64,000 bases of DNA, taken from assembly GCA_009692425.1 (NCBI GenBank), contig SHZF01000006.1:5704-69703 (forward strand), given 5' to 3'. Every line of letters starts with the position of its first letter. Position 1 is the first letter of the stretch. The notes below the pieces were generated by a model. That model was not told the origin of the DNA. It did not search any database and worked only from the letters and a program-made list of their open reading frames with translations. This document shows, piece after piece, positions 57,618 through 64,000 of the stretch. The stretch is from Myxococcales bacterium. Lineage in GTDB: Bacteria > Myxococcota_A > UBA9042. The position numbers and the translations under genes were made by a program.

Positions 57618-57740
57618 CCCGGATCCGCCGGCCCGGGGAGGTCCGCCGGCACATCGACCCTGGATGGCCAGTTATTTCGAGATGTTGCCAGCTTCGCAGC
57701 TGGGGCACCAACCCGCCGCTGCTTGGTCGCCAACCCCCCT

Positions 57741-60700
57741 CTACGCAGGCGCCGTTGGGCCGGGGCGCCGCACGATGCGGGCGGCCTGGATCACGGGTGC
57801 GGCGGCGACGGGTTCCGGGGCCAGTCGAGACCTGGCTGCGGTCGTGGTGGCGGCTGACTTTGCCTTTGGCGAGTTCTTGGCTGCAACAGTCTTCGCCGGC
57901 GCCGCCTGCTTGGCCGTGCGTTTGCCGGTCTGGGCCCCGGTCCGAGGACCCGTCGCAGCGCGCTTGGTCCCCCGCCGCGGCTTGGCTTTGGGTGGCTTGC
58001 CGAAATGACGCAGCCTGTCGAGCGCTCCTTCGAGCGTGAGATCGTCGGGCTGCGTGCCCCGCGCCAGCGACGCGTTCAGGGTGCCGTTCGTCACATACGG
58101 GCCAAAGCGTCCATCGAGCAGACGTACCTCGCCGCCCCCGTCCGGATCCTTGCCCAACGTGCGGCCGGCCTTCTGCGCTGCGGCCCCGTCGAGCAATGCC
58201 AGGGCGTGGGCCAGCGTCACGCCGTCGACCGCGGTGCCTTTGGGCAGCGTCTTGTTCGCGGCGCCATCCGTGACGTACGGGCCATAGCGACCGTTCCACA
58301 GTTCGATCGCCTTGTCCGCGTGGGTGCCGAGGGCGCGCAGCATCGCGCGTTGACCCGCCTTGGGTTGGCGTAGTGCCGCCAAGGCTTCCGTCAGCGTGAT
58401 CCGCGCGGCCAGCACGCCGACATCAAGGCTGCGCGTCTGGCCGTCACTTTCCACGAAATCGCCGAAGCGGCCCGTCTTGGCAACGACCGCCTTGCCCGTG
58501 CGCGGGTCGTCGCCGAGTTCGCGAGGCAGTGCCAACTGTGCCAGCGCCGTCTCGAGGTCGAGGGCCCCCGGTTCCATGCCTTTCGACAGGCTGACCCGTC
58601 GCGGCTCCTTGGCGCCGTCTTCGGTTTTCGCTGACCCGTTGGCCGGCCCGCCCAACTGTAGGTACCAGCCGAAGCGACCGTTGCGCAGGTAGACCGCTTC
58701 GCCCGTGGTCGGATCGGTTCCCAACGGGGCGTCGCCTTTCTGGCGTGCCTCGATCATCTCGACGGCGCGCGCCACCGTCAGTTCATCGGGCGCCTGCTCT
58801 TCGGGCACGCTGGCGGTGCGATCGCCGATCTTCACGAAGGCGCCAAACCGGCCAATCCGCACGACCACCGCCTCCCCGCTCGGCGCGCTTCCGATCGGCA
58901 CGGCACTTGCCTCAGCAGGGTCGATGCGATCGCGCACGGTCTCGAGCAACTTCGACAGACCCGGCACCGGTCCAGAATCGCCGACCTGGGCAAAGCCGTC
59001 CTCGTAGAACGCACGCAGGTATGCGCCGGCCTTGGCCTCCCCACGCGCGACCGCATCGAGTCGGCTCTCCATCTCGGCGGTGAAGCCGTAGTCCACGAGG
59101 TGGGGCATGTGCTTTTCGAGCATGGCGACCACCGCCATGCCGAGAAACGTCGGCACGAGCGCCTGGCCCTTGCGGAACGCGTACTCCTTGTCGAGCAGGT
59201 TCTGGAGGATGGCCGCATACGTGCTGGGGCGACCGATACCTTGCTCTTCCAATGACTTGACGAGTGATGCGTCGGTGAGCCGGGCCGGCGGCCGGGTCTC
59301 GTGACCATCGACGCGCACGGGCGGCTGGCCCCAGATCAAGGCATCGCCGGCCTCCAGCGCCGGCAGGGGCCGATCGCGGGCGTCGAGCGCGGCCTCCGGA
59401 TCATCGGAACCCTCGACGTACGCGAGTAGGAATCCAGGGTTGCGCGTCACGCGGCCGGTCGCGCGAAACACGGCATCGTCGACCGCGATGTCGAGCGTCG
59501 TCTGCTCCACCTGCGCATCGACCATCTGGCTGGCGACCGTGCGCTTCCAGATCAGGTCGTACAGGCGCGCCGCGTCGCGCCCCATCGCGCTCGCCACGGC
59601 GTCGACCGGCTGGAAATGGGTACCTGCCGGCCGGATTGCCTCGTGGGCCTCCTGGGCGTTGGCCGACTTCGTCTGGTAGCGCCGCGGCTTCGGCGGCAGG
59701 TTGGCTGGCCCGTACTGGTCGGAGATCAGCGTGCGCGCGGCCTGCAGCGCCTGCTCCGAGAGCGTAGTCGAATCGGTACGCATGTAGGTGATGAAGCCCG
59801 ACTCGTAGAGTTGCTGCGCCACCCGCATCGCGTCGCGTGCCGACATGCGCAGCTTGCGGTTGGCCTCCTGTTGCAGCGTCGAGGTCGTGAACGGCGGGTA
59901 GGGCCGCAGCGTCTGCGGGCGCACGTCCTTGCTCTTGACGCGGGCGGGCCGGCCGGCCAGACGCTCGGCCAACGCGCGGGCGCCCGCCTCGTCGAGTTGG
60001 AGGACGCGCGGGTCCTTCAATTGTCCGGTGACGTCGTCGAAATCGCGGCCATCGGCAAGCTTGCGATCGCCGACACGCAGCAGCCCGGCGTCGAATGCCG
60101 TGGCGTCGCGTTGCGGCGCAAAGCGGCCGGTCACATCCCACCAGGCCGCCGTGACGAACGCGATGCGCTGCCGTTCGCGCTCGACCAACATGCGCAGCGC
60201 CACCGACTGCACCCGGCCCGCAGACAACGACGGCTTGATCTTGCCCCACAACAGGCGGCTCACGTCCCACCCGTACAGGCGGTCGACGATGCGGCGGGCC
60301 CGCTGGGCCACGACGAGGTGCTCGTCGAGGGGGCGTGGGTGGGCGATCGCGTGATCGATCGCTTCCTTGGTGATTTCGTGGAACACCAATCGCGACGTCG
60401 GAACCTTTCGTTTCGGATCGAGGACTTCGCGCAGGTGCCAACTGATCGCCTCGCCTTCGCGGTCATCGTCCGTCGCGAGGTAGAGTTGACCGGCCGTCTT
60501 GAGCGCCGCCTTCAGCGTGTCGATCTGGCGCTTCTTGTCGGGCGGAACGAAGTAGATTTCCTCCAGCGGCTCAAAATGGTTGTCGAGGTTGACCCCATAG
60601 TTGACCCAGCGCGCGCTGCGGCGCTCGTCGCCCTCGGCCAGGTCCGCCTTGCGCTCGACGAGGTCGCGCACGTGGCCGACGCTCGCCTCGACGATGTACG

Positions 60701-60803
60701 GCTTGCCGAGGAACCGGCCCAGGGTGCGCGCCTTCGTCGGAGACTCGACGATGACGAGCACGGGCCCGAGGGGCGCTGCGCCGTGCGAAGTCTTGCTTGC
60801 CAT
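57741..60803 (-). CDS. topA: DNA topoisomerase I with C-terminal Zn-ribbon-like / RFG(P/A)Y repeats and a Lys/Ala-rich basic tail
   Basis: TOPRIM VIVESPTKARTL, active-site Tyr region GFITYMRTDS, repeated GRFGAFVK / GRFGWYLQ / GRFGDFV / GRYGPYVT / GRFGPYVT motifs, then the tail KPPKAKPRRGTKRAATGPRTGAQTGKRTAKQAAPAKTVAAK... Start at MASKTSHG. The upstream ORF extension is rejected. Confidence 0.9.
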   Translation of the reverse strand: MASKTSHGAAPLGPVLVIVESPTKARTLGRFLGKPYIVEASVGHVRDLVERKADLAEGDERRSARWVNYGVNLDNHFEPLEEIYFVPPDKKRQIDTLKAALKTAGQLYLATDDDREGEAISWHLREVLDPKRKVPTSRLVFHEITKEAIDHAIAHPRPLDEHLVVAQRARRIVDRLYGWDVSRLLWGKIKPSLSAGRVQSVALRMLVERERQRIAFVTAAWWDVTGRFAPQRDATAFDAGLLRVGDRKLADGRDFDDVTGQLKDPRVLQLDEAGARALAERLAGRPARVKSKDVRPQTLRPYPPFTTSTLQQEANRKLRMSARDAMRVAQQLYESGFITYMRTDSTTLSEQALQAARTLISDQYGPANLPPKPRRYQTKSANAQEAHEAIRPAGTHFQPVDAVASAMGRDAARLYDLIWKRTVASQMVDAQVEQTTLDIAVDDAVFRATGRVTRNPGFLLAYVEGSDDPEAALDARDRPLPALEAGDALIWGQPPVRVDGHETRPPARLTDASLVKSLEEQGIGRPSTYAAILQNLLDKEYAFRKGQALVPTFLGMAVVAMLEKHMPHLVDYGFTAEMESRLDAVARGEAKAGAYLRAFYEDGFAQVGDSGPVPGLSKLLETVRDRIDPAEASAVPIGSAPSGEAVVVRIGRFGAFVKIGDRTASVPEEQAPDELTVARAVEMIEARQKGDAPLGTDPTTGEAVYLRNGRFGWYLQLGGPANGSAKTEDGAKEPRRVSLSKGMEPGALDLETALAQLALPRELGDDPRTGKAVVAKTGRFGDFVESDGQTRSLDVGVLAARITLTEALAALRQPKAGQRAMLRALGTHADKAIELWNGRYGPYVTDGAANKTLPKGTAVDGVTLAHALALLDGAAAQKAGRTLGKDPDGGGEVRLLDGRFGPYVTNGTLNASLARGTQPDDLTLEGALDRLRHFGKPPKAKPRRGTKRAATGPRTGAQTGKRTAKQAAPAKTVAAKNSPKAKSAATTTAARSRLAPEPVAAAPVIQAARIVRRPGPTAPA

Positions 60804-60921
60804 GGTTGCCCTTGCCTTGCCGCGCAGTGCGGCCAGCCGATCCCGCTCGCTATGACTCTCGAAGCCCCGCGACAACGCGCTGTGCGGGCGCCGTTGGGCT
60901 CTGCTCTGTGTCGGCCACGGC

Positions 60922-61902
60922 TCAGCGCCGGAACGCTCCACCGGGCAAGCGCTGGATGCGCCCCGCCAAGCATGCCGCCAGCAGCGTCGCCGCCGTGGCG
61001 CTGCGGTCCAGCCCGGTGGCTGCCGCCAAGGCCTCGACCGACGCCCCCGCCGCGCCGGCTTCGGCCAGCGCCATCTCGAGGCGCGCGCGCTCCAGAGCCG
61101 ACCAGCCGGCGACGTCTGGCAGGGCTTGCGGCGGGACCGCAGGGGGCGCGTAGCATGGCGGGGCGGTTGGCGGCTCGTCAATCGGCAATCGCGGCGGGCG
61201 CCCGACAGCAGGGCCTTCGCGCGGTGGCTCCGGATCGCGTCGCAGCCAGTCAGCGCAACGTCCGGCCGCCAGTCCTGCGACGAGTTGGCGCGCATCATCC
61301 GGTGTTGCAAGTGCCCGGGCTCCGGATGCCAGCAACCTGTTCGTGCCCGCGCTGTTCTCCGTGCCCGGGGTCCACGGGGTCGCCAGAACGGGTCGCTGCA
61401 AGCGCCAGGCGTGGCGGCAGGCATGCAGCGAGCCGCTGCGGACCTCGGCGCACACGGCGACCACCGCATCGACCAGGCGCGCGACCAGCAGGTTGCGGAT
61501 CAGGAAGCGTGCCGGTGGCGCCGCGGCGCCCGGCGGCTGGCACGACAGTACAGCGCCGAGCCGGGCGATGGCCTCGAACAACTGGGCATTCTCGCGCGGA
61601 AACGGCACGTCGATGCCACCCGGCAACACCGCACACGGCGAGCCACCCGCCTCGAGCGCCCCTTGCAAGGCGGCCGTATCGACGCCGACCGCGCCGCCGC
61701 TCCACACGTCTGCCCCTGCCGTGGTGAGCCATGTGCCGATCGCGCGCGCCAGATCGTTCTGATCGCGTGTCGCCGCCCGTGCCCCGATCACGGCGACCCG
61801 CACCCGCCCGGCGGCGGGCAGCGAACCTGCCACCCACAGCGTGGCGTGGCCGGACGGTCGGCCGCACGCGTCTCCCGCCACGGCCTCGATCGACATCGCC
61901 AT
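60922..61902 (-). CDS. dprA: DNA processing protein DprA/Smf
   Basis: Rossmann-like VAVIGARAATRDQNDLARAIGTWLTTAGADVWSGGAVGVDTAALQGALEAGG...AVLP.GID; conserved dprA-topA adjacency. Start at MAMSIEAV. Confidence 0.78.
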   Translation of the reverse strand: MAMSIEAVAGDACGRPSGHATLWVAGSLPAAGRVRVAVIGARAATRDQNDLARAIGTWLTTAGADVWSGGAVGVDTAALQGALEAGGSPCAVLPGGIDVPFPRENAQLFEAIARLGAVLSCQPPGAAAPPARFLIRNLLVARLVDAVVAVCAEVRSGSLHACRHAWRLQRPVLATPWTPGTENSAGTNRLLASGARALATPDDARQLVAGLAAGRCADWLRRDPEPPREGPAVGRPPRLPIDEPPTAPPCYAPPAVPPQALPDVAGWSALERARLEMALAEAGAAGASVEALAAATGLDRSATAATLLAACLAGRIQRLPGGAFRR

Positions 61903-62061
61903 GAATCCTCCCTGCTTGGTGGCCTGCCGCCCGCCATGGTGGGCCGAGCGCGCGAAAAGCCCGCCCACAAACAGGTTCGCTCCGGGCGGCCACGTGACGC
62001 GGGTACACTCCGCCAGGGTGGGGTCAGTCCGCCCCAAGGTCCGATTCGCCTGGCGGCGGCT

Positions 62062-63423
62062 TCAGTGGCTGCGCTGCAGGCGGGCAGCGTAGAAAGCGTC
62101 CATGCCCGCCAGCAAGGGGTGTGTGCGGAGATCGCCCGCGGCGTCGAGCAGGGGGCGCACCCACGTCGCGCCGCCCGGGTCGCGGACGAAACCGGGGTGG
62201 GCTGCCAGGAAGCGTCCGACGACGAGTGGCCCCTCTTCTTCGGCAAACGAGCACACGGCGTACACGAGGTGGCCCCCGGGACGCACCAGGTCGGAGGCCG
62301 CCGCGAGCATCCGTGCTTGCAGGGCGTGGTGGCGCGGCAGGTCCGCAGCGCGACGCCGGTGGCGGATTTCGGGGCGGCGCCGCAGCGTGCCCAGCCCAGA
62401 GCACGGCGCGTCGACCAGCACCGCGTCCCAAGCCTCCCGGTCGAGGCCGAGATCGGTCGAGGCGTCCCCGGCGATCGTCGCGTCGAGCGGGTGGCCGGCC
62501 TGGCGGGCCAGCGCGGCGGCATCGGCCAGCTTGGGTCCATCGAGGTCGATCGCCGTCACGCGGGCCCCGGCTGCCGCGAGCGCCAGGGCCTTCACGCCCG
62601 CTCCGGCCGCCACATCGGCGGTGCGAGCACCGGGTGCCGGAGCCAGCCACCGCACGACGGCAGCGCTCGCGGCATCCTGCGCCAGCACCGCCCGGCGCGC
62701 GAACGCCGACGTCGCGAACACCCCGCCGCCATCGGCGCAGCGCACGCCGGGTACCGCCACTCCGTCGAGTTCCGCCACGGCGACGCCTGCCGCGGCCAGT
62801 TCCGCCCACACGAGCTCCGCGTCGCCTGCAGGGACATGCAGGTGCAGTGGCGCCGGCTGATCAAATGCGGCGTGGAGCGCATCGGCATCGAGTCCACAGA
62901 TGGCAGCCAACCGGCGCGAGCGCAGCGCGATCCAGTCGGGGAGCGAAGTTGGGGACCCTGCTTGCGGCAACGTGGCACCGGGCTCCGGCCGCCGCCGCGC
63001 GAGGCCGCGCAGCACCCCATGCACGAAGCCGACCGCGCGCCCCGCGACGAGACCCTTGGCGGCCTCGACCGTCGCATCGACCGCGGCGAAGGCCGGCACG
63101 CGCGGCAGGTACGCGAGTTGGCACGCGCCGACGCGCAACGCGATCAGCACCTCCGTGTCGAGGCCACAGAGCCCGTGGGCGCAAGCGTGTGCGAGCCAGC
63201 GGTCGAGCACGCGCTGGTGCCGCAGGGTCGCGTAGACGAGTTCCGTCACCAGCCCGCGGTCTGGCCCGGCCAACTCCGGCGGAGTGCCCAGCGCCTCGCG
63301 GACGGCGATCTGGCTGCCTGCCGTGCCGTCTTCGACCGCAAGCAGAGCGACGATGGCGCGGCGCCGCACGGACACGCCAGGCGGCAGGCTGTGTTCAGGC
63401 GTCGGGTTGGGCGACAGCGGCAT
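62062..63423 (-). CDS. rsmB: 16S rRNA (cytosine-C5)-methyltransferase RsmB/Sun family (NusB-like N-terminal domain plus NOL1/NOP2/Sun methyltransferase)
   Basis: SAM motifs VLVDAPCSGLGTLRRRPE, AVCSFAEEEG, and the catalytic PC/C pair. Start at MPLSPNPT. The upstream extension is rejected. Confidence 0.82.
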   Translation of the reverse strand: MPLSPNPTPEHSLPPGVSVRRRAIVALLAVEDGTAGSQIAVREALGTPPELAGPDRGLVTELVYATLRHQRVLDRWLAHACAHGLCGLDTEVLIALRVGACQLAYLPRVPAFAAVDATVEAAKGLVAGRAVGFVHGVLRGLARRRPEPGATLPQAGSPTSLPDWIALRSRRLAAICGLDADALHAAFDQPAPLHLHVPAGDAELVWAELAAAGVAVAELDGVAVPGVRCADGGGVFATSAFARRAVLAQDAASAAVVRWLAPAPGARTADVAAGAGVKALALAAAGARVTAIDLDGPKLADAAALARQAGHPLDATIAGDASTDLGLDREAWDAVLVDAPCSGLGTLRRRPEIRHRRRAADLPRHHALQARMLAAASDLVRPGGHLVYAVCSFAEEEGPLVVGRFLAAHPGFVRDPGGATWVRPLLDAAGDLRTHPLLAGMDAFYAARLQRSH

Positions 63424-63505
63424 GCGTGGTAGGTTCAGCGTCCTGCCAGCGGGTCCGGCGCGGTCGGCACTTTCCGCTCCCAGCGCGCCGCCCGTCAAGT
63501 TGCCC

Positions 63506-64000
63506 ATGACCCTGCCCGCCCGCCGATCGTGGAGAACCCTGCTGCCGCTCATCGGCACGGTCGTGCTCGTCGGCTGGTTTGTCCATTCGATGGACCGCGC
63601 GGGCTTCGTCCATGCCCTGCAGCTCTGCGACGTGCCGATGCTGGTCGGTGGTCTGGCCGTCGCGGGGCTCATCGCGTGGCTCTATGACAGCTGGACGCTG
63701 ACCTGGCTCGTGCATGCGACGCTGGGGCACCGCGGCCGCCCCGAGCCGGTCGGCTTGCGCGAACTTGCGCCGGTCAAGGCCGCCTCCTACGTGCTCAACA
63801 TCGCGAACTACCACGCCGCGACGTTGGGCATTGCCTGGGTGATCGCGCGCCGCAAGCAGGTGCCGTTCCTCGAAGGGGCCGGCGCGGTGGCTGCGCTGTC
63901 GTGGATCGACCTGGTGGCGGTGACGACCATGGCGACGATCGGCCTGCAGATCGCCCCGGATGTCGTCGGCGGGGCGCCCGCACTGCAGGGGTGGTTGCAA
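63506..64000 (+). CDS. Integral membrane protein, 5' partial at the window end (UPF0104 / lysylphosphatidylglycerol-synthase-TM-region-like flippase family?)
   Basis: MTLPARRSWRTLLPLIGTVVLVGWFV... with successive TM helices. The ORF runs off the window, so it is absent from the ORF track. Confidence 0.4.
   Translation, partial: MTLPARRSWRTLLPLIGTVVLVGWFVHSMDRAGFVHALQLCDVPMLVGGLAVAGLIAWLYDSWTLTWLVHATLGHRGRPEPVGLRELAPVKAASYVLNIANYHAATLGIAWVIARRKQVPFLEGAGAVAALSWIDLVAVTTMATIGLQIAPDVVGGAPALQGWLQ

Noticed and set aside
57618-57740. Possible terminator hairpins (CCAGCTTCGCAGCTGG etc.) between the convergent sigma-factor and topA genes
   Set aside because: Stems are short (6 bp) and there is no U-tract. 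Not convincing enough to annotate.

Overview
The window is ~70% GC with dense coding on both strands and no low-GC island, no rRNA or tRNA, no CRISPR array, and no integrase or transposase. Its content points to Myxococcales (inference): cysteine-rich Asp-repeat lipoproteins, a large FG-GAP lipoprotein, a Ser/Thr kinase with a TPR tail, a sigma-54 enhancer-binding protein, and an RpoH-like sigma factor. Most genes are housekeeping: ruvCAB; dprA-topA; tilS-ftsH-folP-cdaA-cdaR-lysC; gpsA-rimM-trmD-rplS; fbp-moaC; folE; rsmB; ccmF. The most interesting pattern is a scattered set of DNA-uptake and recombination genes: comM-recA-ssb, with the SSB lacking its acidic C-terminal tail, and radC followed by a ComEA-like helix-hairpin-helix ORF. 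Each of these two units sits behind a near-perfect sigma-54 -24/-12 element (TGGCAC-N5-TTGCW). Other accessory-looking features: a GT-C / polyprenyl-phosphate GT2 / YfhO-like GT-C glycosylation cluster; two unrelated tandem-AAA+ ATPases, one directly downstream of an NtrC-family regulator; two methylmalonyl-CoA-mutase-family genes, one catalytic-only with no B12 subunit nearby; a ferredoxin-TPR-MoxR-folE operon; and several short perfect tandem repeats sitting exactly at gene junctions. Many long ORFs in the six-frame track are GC-driven antisense artefacts and were rejected. No BLAST or HMM search could be run, so every family assignment rests on motif recognition.
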